Assembly (NCBI GenBank): GCA_045634445.1 | Contig: JAZRAG010000078.1 | Location: forward strand, 36-64,035 | Length of the DNA stretch: 64,000 bases | DNA from: Candidatus Spyradenecus sp. | GTDB lineage: Bacteria; Verrucomicrobiota; Kiritimatiellia; RFP12; DVOR01 | Reading direction: 5' to 3' | Shown: positions 19,099 through 29,387 of the stretch, one piece after another | Position numbering within the stretch: position 1 is the first letter of the stretch | Layout of the letters: each line of letters begins with the position of its first letter | Position numbers and translations under genes: made by a program | The notes under the pieces: generated by a model | What the model saw: the letters and a program-made list of their open reading frames with translations, nothing else | Told to the model about the DNA's origin: nothing | Database searches by the model: none

Positions 19099-20094
19099 TT
19101 ACAGAAGATGCTTGAGGATTTGACGGGTGGCGGTGGTAAGGGGTAGGGAGGAGGGAGTGGCACACCAAGTGAGGGTGTCGGGGAGTGTAGGGATGGTTTT
19201 GGGAAGGCGGGCGGTATAAACGTGGAGAATTTGACGAAAGTGGGTAAAGGTTTGGCGATGGGTGTAGACCTGTTTGAAGGCGGTGATGGGAAAGGGAAGG
19301 GATGCTTTCGCGGGAAGTTCCCAAAAACCGTCTAAGAGTCGTTCGCCCGTGTGATGCGCAAGAAGTAGGTGGCTTTCGGTGTTTTGGAGGAAAAGAACCT
19401 CTCGTTCACGCAGCGGAAGGGCTTTCTTTGCAGGAATTGTGGGGTAGTCGCTTTGTGTGTTTGTTTGGGCGGCTTTACATTCTTTGCGAAGGGGGCAGGC
19501 TTCGCACTGAGGCGCGCGAGGGGTGCAAATAAGGGCGCCAAGCTCCATCATTGCTTGATTGAAGTCGCCAGGGATTTGCGTAGCGCGAATGAAAGGGCGT
19601 AGCCAATCGGCGAGGATGCGTCGATTGGGCTCCTTACTAAAGTCGTCAGAGAGAAGGTTACGTCGGGCAAAGACTCGTGCAACATTACCATCAACGACGG
19701 GTTCGGGTTCATTAAAGCAGATGCTCGCAATGGCAGCAGCAGTGTAGGGGCCGATGCCAGGGAGTGTTTTGAGTGCGGCTGCGGTATGTGGGAGGGTTGC
19801 GTTGTATTCTGCAACGAGTTTCTGCGCGGCTTTTCGGAGGTTACGCACACGTGTGTAATAGCCAAGGCCTTCCCATGCTTTGAGAAGGGGCTCGTCAGGC
19901 GCGTTAGCAAGGGCTTCAATGGAGGGAAAGGCCGCGAGAAAGCGCTCAAAGTAGGGGCGAACGGTGTTGACTTGGGTCTGTTGCAACATGATTTCGCTCA
20001 CCCAGACGGCATAAGGGTCTGGATGTCCGCGCCAGGGCATTTCGCGCTTTTCAGCGTGATACCACTGTAAGAGCCGTTCGCACCACGTTGTCAT
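19099..20094 (-). CDS. mutY: A/G-specific adenine glycosylase
   Basis: WVSEIMLQQTQV, WEGLGYY, LPGIGPYTA, VVDGNV, 4Fe-4S motif CTPRAPQCEACPLRKEC. Confidence 0.95.
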   Translation of the reverse strand: MTTWCERLLQWYHAEKREMPWRGHPDPYAVWVSEIMLQQTQVNTVRPYFERFLAAFPSIEALANAPDEPLLKAWEGLGYYTRVRNLRKAAQKLVAEYNATLPHTAAALKTLPGIGPYTAAAIASICFNEPEPVVDGNVARVFARRNLLSDDFSKEPNRRILADWLRPFIRATQIPGDFNQAMMELGALICTPRAPQCEACPLRKECKAAQTNTQSDYPTIPAKKALPLREREVLFLQNTESHLLLAHHTGERLLDGFWELPAKASLPFPITAFKQVYTHRQTFTHFRQILHVYTARLPKTIPTLPDTLTWCATPSSLPLTTATRQILKHLL

Positions 20095-20606
20095 TACCAG
20101 GTGCCATTGTGTACTTTGGAGGCGTCAAAGCGTGTGCGCGCTTCGGGGAATTCTGCGGGATGGCCGAGGGCGATCGCGCTCACAGGAATAATGTTCTCTG
20201 GGAGATTGAAGGCTTTCTTTACGGCTTCGATACGGTCGTCATTGGGGTGAATGCCCAACCACACGGCGCCGAGCCCTTGTGCGCTCAAAGCAAGGAGGAG
20301 GTTCTCAATCGCGGCAGAGACGTCTTGCAAGAGGTAGGAGAGTTCGCTACGATGAGCCTGGTTAATATCGCCACATACGATAATACCTGCAGCAGCACCA
20401 CGCAACATTTGGCCATAGGGAAGAGCGTCTGCGAGGGCGTCACGGCCAGCTTGTTCTTTTACCACAATGAAGTGCCAAGGGTCACAATGGCGTGCGCTAG
20501 GGGCGGCCATCGCGGCTTCAAGTGCGGTTTGAATCATTGCATCATCAACGGGCGCATCGGTGTATTTACGAACGCTACGACGGGAAAGAATCTCTGCAGG
20601 TGTCAT
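20094..20606 (-). CDS. Nitroreductase family protein
   Basis: RRSVRKY, APSA..PWHF, LGAVWLG; likely start MTPAEIL. Confidence 0.9.
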   Translation of the reverse strand: MTPAEILSRRSVRKYTDAPVDDAMIQTALEAAMAAPSARHCDPWHFIVVKEQAGRDALADALPYGQMLRGAAAGIIVCGDINQAHRSELSYLLQDVSAAIENLLLALSAQGLGAVWLGIHPNDDRIEAVKKAFNLPENIIPVSAIALGHPAEFPEARTRFDASKVHNGTW

Positions 20607-20692
20607 CTCATTAAACCTTTCAAAGAAAAGGGCGTTCCGCGGTTGTAACAATGCGGAACGCCTCTATTCATGCATTATTGCTAACGTTCCAC

Positions 20693-21709
20693 TTAGCCGA
20701 GCTGGCTGAGGAAGCGGATGTCGTTTTCGTAGAGGAAGCGGATGTCAGGAATGCCATACTTAATCATGGCGATACGTTCCACACCCATACCAAAGGCATA
20801 GCCGTAAACAGCGTCAGGATCGTAACCCACATGCTTGTAGACGCGAGGATCAACCATGCCTGCACCAGCAATTTCAATCCAGCCCGAATTCTTGCACACG
20901 CGGCAGCCCTTACCCTTACAGACGTGACAGGTGAAGTCCACTTCTACGCTAGGTTCGGTGAAGGGGAAGAAGTGCGGACGGAAGCGAACGCCGATATCTG
21001 GGCCCATCATTTCGCGAGCAAAGTAAGCGAGTGTACTCTTCAAGTCTGCCAAAGAGACGGGCTTAACATCTACGTAAAGACCTTCAATCTGGTGGAAGTT
21101 GGCCGAGTGGGTCGCATCTGTGGTGTCGCGGCGGTAGCAACGACCCGGATTGATAATACGCACTGGCGGCGGATTTTCCAACATCGTACGAATCTGCACA
21201 GGGCTCGTCTGCGTACGCAATACGGATTCAACGTTAAACCAGAAGGTGTCGCTAGGGTCCATCGAAGGATGGTGAGGAGCAGTATTGAGTGCCGTGAAGT
21301 TGTTGAACTTTGTTTCGATGTCCGGGCCATCAGCCACGGTGAAGCCCAAACGGTGGAAGATTTCTGCAGTTTCTTCAATCACGCGGCTCACAGGGTGAAT
21401 CACGCCTTCTGCATGCCAACGACCAGGAAGCGAGACATCAAAGCCTGCGACAGGCGTTTCATTTGCCTGAAGGGCTGCGGACTTTGCATTGAGCTGAGCT
21501 TCAAATTCACCACGCCAAGCACCGAGTTCTTTACCAAATGCGGGACGATCTTCTGGCGACACATCCTTCATCTGCTTCACAAGCGCGGGAAGAAGGCCAT
21601 TGCGCCCGAGGTATTTCACGCGTAATGCGTCAAGGGCTTCAAGGGACTGTGCGGCCTCAAGTGCGGCCAAAGAAGCGGTGTGCTCTTGCTGTAATTCCTG
21701 CAACGTCAT
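20693..21709 (-). CDS. pheS: Phenylalanine-tRNA ligase alpha subunit
   Basis: LRTQTSPVQIR, GRCYRRD, FHQIEGL, FFPFTEPS, AFGMGVERIAM. Confidence 0.98.
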   Translation of the reverse strand: MTLQELQQEHTASLAALEAAQSLEALDALRVKYLGRNGLLPALVKQMKDVSPEDRPAFGKELGAWRGEFEAQLNAKSAALQANETPVAGFDVSLPGRWHAEGVIHPVSRVIEETAEIFHRLGFTVADGPDIETKFNNFTALNTAPHHPSMDPSDTFWFNVESVLRTQTSPVQIRTMLENPPPVRIINPGRCYRRDTTDATHSANFHQIEGLYVDVKPVSLADLKSTLAYFAREMMGPDIGVRFRPHFFPFTEPSVEVDFTCHVCKGKGCRVCKNSGWIEIAGAGMVDPRVYKHVGYDPDAVYGYAFGMGVERIAMIKYGIPDIRFLYENDIRFLSQLG

Positions 21710-21862
21710 GGGACGAAATCCTTAAATATGAAAATAAACCTCGTTATTTTACCATAAAATCAACCACTTTGCGCATATGAAGACACACTTTGTGTGTAGA
21801 GAATTGCGTGATAATAGTCCTCTACATATGTGAGTATCTCTTCTGCAGATGAAAGAAGGCTT

Positions 21863-22822
21863 TTACGCTTGACCATCAAAGCGAGGGTCTCGCTGTGCGG
21901 CCGCTCGTGCAAGACAGATGGGGCCGCCATTGAGGGCGTTATAACGTTTGCTTGCTGCGAGGGTGGCGGGGAGGTCACAATTGAACTCGCGGATGTCGCC
22001 GAGGGGAAGTTCGTAGAAACCGCAGGGTTGGAGTTTCCCTGTGTGGCTTAAGAAGAGAAAGCCCGAGCCTGCCATGCATCCATTGAAGGGACTTTTAGGC
22101 GGCGTTTCACGAGTCGTTGCGATTGAAAGAATGCGAGGCTCGCAAGTGACGTGAATGGGTAATACGCCTTCGTCATCAAGTGCAAGGATTTCGTTAAGAG
22201 CTGTTTCTGTTTCGGCATCGGTGAGGCATTGTTCAGAGAGTGCGGACCCTCGACCAACGGGAACCAGGAAAAAGACGTCTAAACGAATGGCGCCTTGCTT
22301 TAAGGCGAAGTCGCGCATAGCACGAAGATTACCTAAGCCTGCACGTGTAAGGGTGTGATTAAGTTGGAAGGGAAGTCCCACCTCGCGAGCAGCCTGCATG
22401 GCATCAAGTGCCATTTGGAAGGCGCCAGGAACGCCTCGGAAGGCATCATGTGTGGCGGCATCTGGACCATCTACGCTGAGGGAAATCGCACGAATGCCTG
22501 CGGCTTTGAGTGCGGTGAGACGTTCGGCATTCGCAAAGCGTCCACAAGGCGCGAGTACGGAGGGAAAGCCGCGTTGGGTAGCATGACGTACTAATTGCTC
22601 TAAATCGTCGCGAAACATCGGTTCGCCACCAGTGAAAATAATCATCGGTGGACGAGCAGGTGGCTGAATGGCTTCTGCAAGGCTATCAATGACGCGAAGC
22701 GCTTCTGTGGTGGAGAGCTCATTGGTGTAACATTCATTGCGAGAAGCACCACGGCAGTGTTGGCAGGCCATTGGGCAACGGCGTGTAATTTCCCATGCAA
22801 GGACACGAAGGGGCTTAGTCAT
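21863..22822 (-). CDS. Radical SAM protein (NirJ/AhbD-like)
   Basis: WEITRRCPMACQHC CxxxCxxC motif, FTGGEP. Confidence 0.85.
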   Translation of the reverse strand: MTKPLRVLAWEITRRCPMACQHCRGASRNECYTNELSTTEALRVIDSLAEAIQPPARPPMIIFTGGEPMFRDDLEQLVRHATQRGFPSVLAPCGRFANAERLTALKAAGIRAISLSVDGPDAATHDAFRGVPGAFQMALDAMQAAREVGLPFQLNHTLTRAGLGNLRAMRDFALKQGAIRLDVFFLVPVGRGSALSEQCLTDAETETALNEILALDDEGVLPIHVTCEPRILSIATTRETPPKSPFNGCMAGSGFLFLSHTGKLQPCGFYELPLGDIREFNCDLPATLAASKRYNALNGGPICLARAAAQRDPRFDGQA

Positions 22823-23501
22823 GGCAATAGGCCTCAATAAGGGGTAAAAGGGTTGTGAGGTCAGTGAAGTCATTCACGACTGCATCTGCGCCTGCATCTC
22901 GCAATTCTGCAGCACTAATCCATCCTGTCGCAACTGCTAAACAAGGGAGCCCTGCTGCATGTGCTGCTTGAATATCTTTCGGTGTGTCGCCAATGAGGAG
23001 TCGTGCTTGAGCATCGCGTGCTTGAGCTCGCGTACATGCGATGCGCGCAAGTTCGTCGCGGTCAGGATGGTCGCTTGCGTACGCACCAAAAGAAAACCAT
23101 GAGGCAAGGCCTGCGTGAATGAGTTTACTCCATGCTGTGGTGCGAATGTTTCCCGTGACAACGCCAAGGACTTTGCCGCTGTCAGTGAGCGCTTGTAAGA
23201 AGGTCTGCACACCAGGGTAGATTAGAATCGCATTGGGCGTGCGTAATCGTGCATCAAGGCGTTGAGTTAATTCAATGAAGAAATGTTCTTCTTTTGCGGG
23301 GGTGGAAATTACCCCAAACTGCGTCGCGAGATCACGAATGATGCGCGTATCAGTAGCTCCAACGAAGGAGATGTCGCTAAAATCTGCAGTAACTCCGTAT
23401 GCCGCTTGAAAGGCTTCTTGAAAGGCGGGTCTTCCAAGCCCCTTTGCGTAGAGAAGCGTTCCGTCAATATCAAAGAGAATGGCTGACTTCATCGGAGACA
23501 T
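22815..23501 (-). CDS. HAD-family hydrolase/phosphatase
   Basis: LFDIDGTL, VTGN, IGDTPKD. Confidence 0.9.
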   Translation of the reverse strand: MSPMKSAILFDIDGTLLYAKGLGRPAFQEAFQAAYGVTADFSDISFVGATDTRIIRDLATQFGVISTPAKEEHFFIELTQRLDARLRTPNAILIYPGVQTFLQALTDSGKVLGVVTGNIRTTAWSKLIHAGLASWFSFGAYASDHPDRDELARIACTRAQARDAQARLLIGDTPKDIQAAHAAGLPCLAVATGWISAAELRDAGADAVVNDFTDLTTLLPLIEAYCHD

Positions 23502-24384
23502 TTAAAACCGTGATGAGATTTTCTAACCAGTCAACGGCATTGGTGAGGGAGTGGCTAGAACGTGGATTCTCTGCGAGCAGATAATAGGCGTCAGGGAATG
23601 CACGACGTACGGTATCATTGCGTACGATGCGTTCGCGTTGGGAGAGAAGGATAATCGGACGTACTAAAGGCGGTTTGCGTAAGGCCGCTTTTGGGGCACG
23701 GAGAGCCGAAAGAAAGGTGCGCGCGGGCACAATGGGTTGCACTCGATAGCTTGCGGTGGGGCAGCCTTTTGCATAACGATCAATGGGGAAACCTGTCGCG
23801 GCAAAGGGCCAGAGGAAAATCAATCGATGAAGGCCACAGAGGAAGGTTGCCATGCGATTCCCCATGTGCGGTTCAAGGAAGGGCGCACCGAGTACCAAAC
23901 GATCAACGGGCGTGTCTTGTGCCACGGTAATGGCTAATGCACCACCTAAGGAGTGCCCCCAGAGTTCAACGTGTTGCGCAGTGGTGCGAGCTTCCAGAAT
24001 GGCGGCACGGATGTGCGGAATCCATTCTTTCGCGGTGGCGGTGAGGCTAATCTCAGGAACAATAACGCGCCACCCTCGTGCTGCGAGTGTTTCACCTTGG
24101 CGACGCCAAGCTTCAGGAATGTCAGCAAAACCATGCACTAAGACTGCACACTTTTCTGCTGCGCGAGGTCCAAATTCTAAAGTGTGAACAGGGGTTAAAT
24201 TCGGTGTGCGGCGTTTACATTCAATATGAATGATGTAGACTACTTGAATGAGCGCCCACACGGCTAAACTCCAAATAGCCGCGATTGAACCCATGACTAT
24301 CCACCAGAGACCAAAGCTACAAGGTAAGAGTAGGCTTGGCCAAAGCACGCAGGGTGAAAAACGAGAGATGGGCATCTTTTCCAT
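23470..24384 (-). CDS. Alpha/beta hydrolase (esterase) with N-terminal membrane segment
   Basis: LVHGF, GHSLGG nucleophile elbow. Confidence 0.85.
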   Translation of the reverse strand: MEKMPISRFSPCVLWPSLLLPCSFGLWWIVMGSIAAIWSLAVWALIQVVYIIHIECKRRTPNLTPVHTLEFGPRAAEKCAVLVHGFADIPEAWRRQGETLAARGWRVIVPEISLTATAKEWIPHIRAAILEARTTAQHVELWGHSLGGALAITVAQDTPVDRLVLGAPFLEPHMGNRMATFLCGLHRLIFLWPFAATGFPIDRYAKGCPTASYRVQPIVPARTFLSALRAPKAALRKPPLVRPIILLSQRERIVRNDTVRRAFPDAYYLLAENPRSSHSLTNAVDWLENLITVLNVSDEVSHSL

Positions 24385-24402
24385 GGCAAACGCTTCAAGG
24401 GG

Positions 24403-25137
24403 TTAGAGAATTCCCGAGGTAGTGTCTGGGTCAAGTGTGGGACGCGTCATCTTTGGGCGTGCGCCAAAGAGTGCCGTACCGATGCGGACGTCGGTGGCGC
24501 CTTCTTCAATAGCCACCTCAAAGTCTCCTGTCATTCCCATTGAGAGGTGAGGAAGCGGAATGCCAAAACGTGCCTCCATCTCATCACGTAAGGTGCGCAA
24601 CCATGCGAAATAGGGGCGCGCATGCTCAGGATCAAGATCAAAAGGTGCCATTGTCATCAATCCTGTGAGCGTGAGCGCTTGATTGTGTGCTAAAATGTGC
24701 TCAATGGTTTGTGGCAGGGCTTCAGGCGTAAGGCCATATTTTGAAACTTCGCCAGAGACATTGACCTCTAAATAGAACTCAGGACGGGTGCCTGCTTGAA
24801 GAGAGGCTGTTTCGAGGGTATCAAAGAGCTTGATGCTGTCTACAGAATGGATTGTTTCGAAGAGACGAACAGCTTGTTTTGCTTTATTGCTCTGTAAGTG
24901 GCCAATTAATTGCCATCTTGCACACGAAGGCGAGAGCGGAATCTTCCATGCAGCTTCTTGAACTTTGTTCTCGCCAAAAATACCCATCCCCGCATCAACA
25001 GCGTCACGCACTACATCAGGGCCATGTGTTTTGGTTACTGCGATGAGTGTAACATCATCGGGCTGGCGTCCCGAGCGTTTGGCGGCTGCAGCAATGCGTT
25101 CTAAGATGCCATCGTAAATGGGAATAAGGTCATTCAT
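24403..25137 (-). CDS. yggS: PLP homeostasis protein
   Basis: IAVTKT, FGENKVQE, IGHLQSNK, LSMGMTGDF, VRIGTALFG. Confidence 0.95.
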   Translation of the reverse strand: MNDLIPIYDGILERIAAAAKRSGRQPDDVTLIAVTKTHGPDVVRDAVDAGMGIFGENKVQEAAWKIPLSPSCARWQLIGHLQSNKAKQAVRLFETIHSVDSIKLFDTLETASLQAGTRPEFYLEVNVSGEVSKYGLTPEALPQTIEHILAHNQALTLTGLMTMAPFDLDPEHARPYFAWLRTLRDEMEARFGIPLPHLSMGMTGDFEVAIEEGATDVRIGTALFGARPKMTRPTLDPDTTSGIL

Positions 25138-25147
25138 TACCAAGGTC

Positions 25148-25552
25148 TCACTTGAAGAAGTTGCGTAATGCGAGTGGCGGACGGCAGGGTTGGTGTGTGT
25201 CGGCAGTGATGAAGGCGAGGGTTGTTGTGCCATCAAGGATGGGCTCTCCTGCTTCATTGACCACTTCATAACGGAAGGTAATGCGCGAACGCACGGGCTC
25301 TTCTACATAGACGTGAATGATTAATACATCATCGTAGAAGGAGGAGCGGTGATAATTGAGATTGATGTTCACAATTGGCGTCATTACGCCAGCTGCTTCC
25401 ATATCAGCATAGGAACCATTACCCGTTGCGCGCAACGCTTCTCCGCGTGCTTCTTCAAGGTAGAGGAGGTAGTTGCCGTGCCAACAAACCCCCATCTTGT
25501 CGGTTTCGGCATAGCGCACGCGGACACGATGTTCGTAATGATACGGCAACAT
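25148..25552 (-). CDS. Acyl-CoA thioesterase (YbgC/FadM family)
   Basis: RVRYAETDKMGV..HGNY. Confidence 0.9.
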   Translation of the reverse strand: MLPYHYEHRVRVRYAETDKMGVCWHGNYLLYLEEARGEALRATGNGSYADMEAAGVMTPIVNINLNYHRSSFYDDVLIIHVYVEEPVRSRITFRYEVVNEAGEPILDGTTTLAFITADTHQPCRPPLALRNFFK

Positions 25553-25579
25553 ACCTTAATCCTCTCTTGAATTGATGGT

Positions 25580-28030
25580 TTACTTAGCCTTTGTCGAGGC
25601 GCGCTTCTTGGTGGCGGTCTTCTTTGCTGCAGGAGTGCGACGCGGTGCTGCGTCCTTAATTCCGTGTTTGGCGGCGAGGTCTGCATATGCAGGAATCTGT
25701 TCGCGATAACCACGAACGAGCTTCTTGAGCGCATCAAACTGACGATCCGTCAAGAAGTGCTTTTCTGCAAGCTGCAACTTCAAGCTATTGATGAATTCCT
25801 TATCATCGTAAGTACGCTTACCGTGCTTAACGGGAGGATTCCACTGCGAAACCGTTTCCAAGCTTGTGAGCAATTCCAAAGAAGGCGCTTCATTATTGGG
25901 GCGTTCTTCTGTGACGCTACCATTTGCAATCTTGCGCAGAATTTCCAACTGCTTAGCCGAGAGCGTACCCTTGGTATTGTACTGCTGCTTGAGTGATGTT
26001 ACAAAACGCGACTCCCAGTCATTCAAGGTCAAGGCGTCAACTTTATTGAAGAGACCTTGCACTTCGTCTGGATCAGGCGTAGTCGGCACAGGAAGATTGC
26101 CCGACTTCGGCAAATCAACGCGATAGGAGATGGCCATACGAATCAAGGTGGCCAACTGTGGCTTCGTCACGCTCTTTTCGTTGTAAGCAGCGCACATGTC
26201 ATTATAGTAGGACTCATCGCTCCAAATGACCTTGCCATTTTTGCCAACAGCAGGAGCCTTCCATTCGGTTACAGTGGAGAGTGCATCCAAAACCACCTTC
26301 ACGCGACTCAAATCTGCCGCCAACCACTCTGTGAGCTTCTTGTAGAAGGTGTCCACTTCGTCCACCCAATACATCTTACCTTCAGAGATATCGTCAAGCG
26401 CTTCTTCCATCAAACGGGTAAACTCAACGTTGACAAAGTCAGGCACTTCATTTAAAAGGTAATCCGTTGCCGTAATGCCCACTTCTGTGGGCGTTAAGAC
26501 GTGAGCCTTGCCGCTATTTACGTATTCACGATCCAAAAGGGTACGAATTGTTGCAGCGTATGTAGACGGACGGCCAATGCCCTTTTCTTCAAGTTCCCTC
26601 ACCAAAGAAGCTTCGTTGTAACGCGGTGGTGGTTGCGTTTCCTTACTGACGCAACGCCAATCCTTGCAAGTTACCACGTCGCCATTTGACAAATTCGGCA
26701 ACTGACGAACTTCGTCTTCTTCGCCTTCAGTACGCGAATTCGGCCATGCGGCTAAATAACCCTTGAAGACAGTCTTCGAACTTGTTGCAGAGAAACGATA
26801 CTCGCGACGCAAACCTGCTGCATTCTCGGGCTCAAAGTAAATGGTCGTACGTTCAATCGTTGCCGGTGCCATCTGGCTTGCCATAAAGCGACGCCAAATG
26901 AGTTCGTACAACTTCGCCTGGCGTGGGTCTGCGTTAGCATCTAACGCATTACGCGTGATGTCTGTGGGGCGAATAGGTTCGTGCGCCTTCTGTGCATTCT
27001 TCACCTTATTCTTGTAGAAGTTCGGTGTTTCAGGTACATAATTGGCACCAAAGATACGCGAGATTTCAGCGGCGGCTGCCTTGCGTTCTTCTTCATTAAT
27101 CTTCAAGCCGTCCGTACGCATGTAGGTGATAAAACCGTTTTCATAGAGACGCTGGGCCAATTGCATCGTTTGGTCTGGAGAATACCCCAAATGCGTTGCG
27201 GCGGCCTGCTGAAGCGTAGAGGTAATAAAGGGAGGCTGCGGACGCTTAGACTGTTCCTTACGTTCAATAGCCGTCACCACGGCATTACGACCGCGGAGAT
27301 CGTTCAAACACGCTTCTGCTTCAGTGAAAACAGGCAAACCATAAATTTCTTTGCCATCTACGGTGAACTTGGGCGTCTTACCATCTACAGAACAAAGCTG
27401 AGCTTCAAATTCTGCGCCCTTTTCCAAAAGTGCGCTCACCACATGGTACTGCGTTGGGCGGAAATCATTAATTGTGCGTTCGCGATCCACAATCAAGCGT
27501 AATGCTACAGACTGTACACGACCAGCACTCTTTGCACCCTGCACGGCATTATCAATCAACTTCGACAAGCGGAAGCCCGACAAGCGGTCAATCACGCGGC
27601 GAGCCTGCTGCGCATCCACGAGGTCCTTGTCAATTTCGGTCGGTTCTGCTAAAGCTGCCAAAACCGCCTTCTTCGTGATTTCATTATAGCGTACGCGATA
27701 GAACTTACGTTCGCCCGGGATATCCTTTAAAACTTCATAAAGGTGCCATGCGATACTTTCCCCTTCACGGTCAGGGTCGCTTGCTAAATAGATAACAGAA
27801 GCTTTCGCAGCGGCTTTACGCAATTCATCGACGATTTTCTTCTTATCTTTCGGGATTTCGTAATTGGGCGTAAAATTCTGCGAGATGTTCACGCCGAGCA
27901 CAAACTTCGGCAAGTCGCGAATGTGGCCTACAGATGCCATCACCGTAGTATTTGGTGCGACATAATCCGCAATCTTCTTCGCCTTCGCAGGAGATTCTAC
28001 AATAACTAATGAGGTTGGTTTATTGGCCAT
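25580..28030 (-). CDS. topA: DNA topoisomerase I with atypical C-terminal domain
   Basis: VIVESPAKA, ASDPDREGE, SAGRVQS, ITYMRTD, GIGRPSTY. Confidence 0.97.
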   Translation of the reverse strand: MANKPTSLVIVESPAKAKKIADYVAPNTTVMASVGHIRDLPKFVLGVNISQNFTPNYEIPKDKKKIVDELRKAAAKASVIYLASDPDREGESIAWHLYEVLKDIPGERKFYRVRYNEITKKAVLAALAEPTEIDKDLVDAQQARRVIDRLSGFRLSKLIDNAVQGAKSAGRVQSVALRLIVDRERTINDFRPTQYHVVSALLEKGAEFEAQLCSVDGKTPKFTVDGKEIYGLPVFTEAEACLNDLRGRNAVVTAIERKEQSKRPQPPFITSTLQQAAATHLGYSPDQTMQLAQRLYENGFITYMRTDGLKINEEERKAAAAEISRIFGANYVPETPNFYKNKVKNAQKAHEPIRPTDITRNALDANADPRQAKLYELIWRRFMASQMAPATIERTTIYFEPENAAGLRREYRFSATSSKTVFKGYLAAWPNSRTEGEEDEVRQLPNLSNGDVVTCKDWRCVSKETQPPPRYNEASLVRELEEKGIGRPSTYAATIRTLLDREYVNSGKAHVLTPTEVGITATDYLLNEVPDFVNVEFTRLMEEALDDISEGKMYWVDEVDTFYKKLTEWLAADLSRVKVVLDALSTVTEWKAPAVGKNGKVIWSDESYYNDMCAAYNEKSVTKPQLATLIRMAISYRVDLPKSGNLPVPTTPDPDEVQGLFNKVDALTLNDWESRFVTSLKQQYNTKGTLSAKQLEILRKIANGSVTEERPNNEAPSLELLTSLETVSQWNPPVKHGKRTYDDKEFINSLKLQLAEKHFLTDRQFDALKKLVRGYREQIPAYADLAAKHGIKDAAPRRTPAAKKTATKKRASTKAK

Positions 28031-28228
28031 GACAAGGTCATCCTTTCTTGAAATTCACTTAAAGAAATAACATTGATGAATGCCCTTTTGCAAGCATTTT
28101 TTATCAACGTCTCTCCTATACTATATATAGTATAAGTTTTTTGGGCCATTGGAGAGGAGATGGCGTTTTGCGAAAAACTGCGTCAAAAAGCCACCCAAGA
28201 AAGAGGATGGCTTAAATGACAGAGGTAT

Positions 28229-29314
28229 TTAATGACGGAGACGATTCCCAGATTCGGGGTCAAAGAGGCAAATCTTATCCACTCGCGGACACAAGAAGTG
28301 CGCTTCGCCATGACGTAAAAGCCAATCTGGCGGCGTGCGAGCCGTTACACGCGTGCCATCAATCGTAAAGTGAACGTACGCTTCCGCGCCCATTTGCTCC
28401 ACGATATCCACCTTCGCTGCTAACGCATTCGCAGTTGGTGCAGATTCAAGCGAGGCAATCAAATGTTCTGGGCGAATCCCCACGAGGACTTCCTTGCCAG
28501 CAGGGAGAGAGGGCATGGAGCCTAACTCGGGGTGTAACGTACCTGCCGCAGAATGAAGCGCGCCATCAGCCATCACTGTCATACGCAAGAAATTCATTGG
28601 AGGCGTACCAATGAATCCCGCCGAAAAACAGTTGTTTGGATCATTATAGAGCGAAACAGGGTCCGCAACTTGGCGAATGTTACCACGCTCCATAACAACA
28701 ATGCGGTCGCCTAACGTCATTGCCTCTGTTTGGTCATGGGTCACGTAGAGAATCGTTGCATTTAAACGTAAATGTAAACGGTGAATTTCTTCACGCATCT
28801 CCACGCGCATTTTCGCATCAAGATTTGAAAGCGGTTCGTCAAAGAGGAAGACCTTTGGCTGACGCACAATCGCGCGACCCAAAGCCACGCGCTGACGTTG
28901 TCCGCCACTAAGTTGTTTTGGAAGGCGCTTCAAATAATCTTGCAATCCCAAGACTTCAGCTGCTTCATCAATGCGTTGCGCGATTTCAGCCTTCGGGGTA
29001 TGACGCAATTTTAGGCCAAAAGCCATGTTCTCGCGCACCGTCATATGCGGATACAACGCATAATTCTGGAAGACCATCGCGATGTCACGATCTTTTGGCG
29101 GCAAATGATTAATCACGTGCCCATCAATCGCAATCGTTCCAGAGGTAATCTCTTCAAGCCCAGCCACCATACGTAGCGTTGTACTCTTGCCGCACCCTGA
29201 AGGGCCAACAAGGACTAAGAACTCGCGATCGCGAATGGCTAGGTCAAAATCTTCCACCGCTACCGCACCATTGGGGTAGACCTTGCGAACGTGAGAGAGC
29301 GTAACTGTTGACAT
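28229..29314 (-). CDS. Sugar ABC transporter ATP-binding protein (MalK/UgpC family)
   Basis: GPSGCGKST, LSGGQRQRVALGR, FLFDEPLSNLDA. Confidence 0.95.
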   Translation of the reverse strand: MSTVTLSHVRKVYPNGAVAVEDFDLAIRDREFLVLVGPSGCGKSTTLRMVAGLEEITSGTIAIDGHVINHLPPKDRDIAMVFQNYALYPHMTVRENMAFGLKLRHTPKAEIAQRIDEAAEVLGLQDYLKRLPKQLSGGQRQRVALGRAIVRQPKVFLFDEPLSNLDAKMRVEMREEIHRLHLRLNATILYVTHDQTEAMTLGDRIVVMERGNIRQVADPVSLYNDPNNCFSAGFIGTPPMNFLRMTVMADGALHSAAGTLHPELGSMPSLPAGKEVLVGIRPEHLIASLESAPTANALAAKVDIVEQMGAEAYVHFTIDGTRVTARTPPDWLLRHGEAHFLCPRVDKICLFDPESGNRLRH

Positions 29315-29387
29315 TGGCGTAAAAGAGAATTACCACACGCGAACCGCGAAACTACGCGGCCCACGTGTGAATCTGGATTCAAACACC

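Noticed and set aside
20651-21625. 324-aa plus-strand ORF
   Set aside because: Antisense shadow of pheS.
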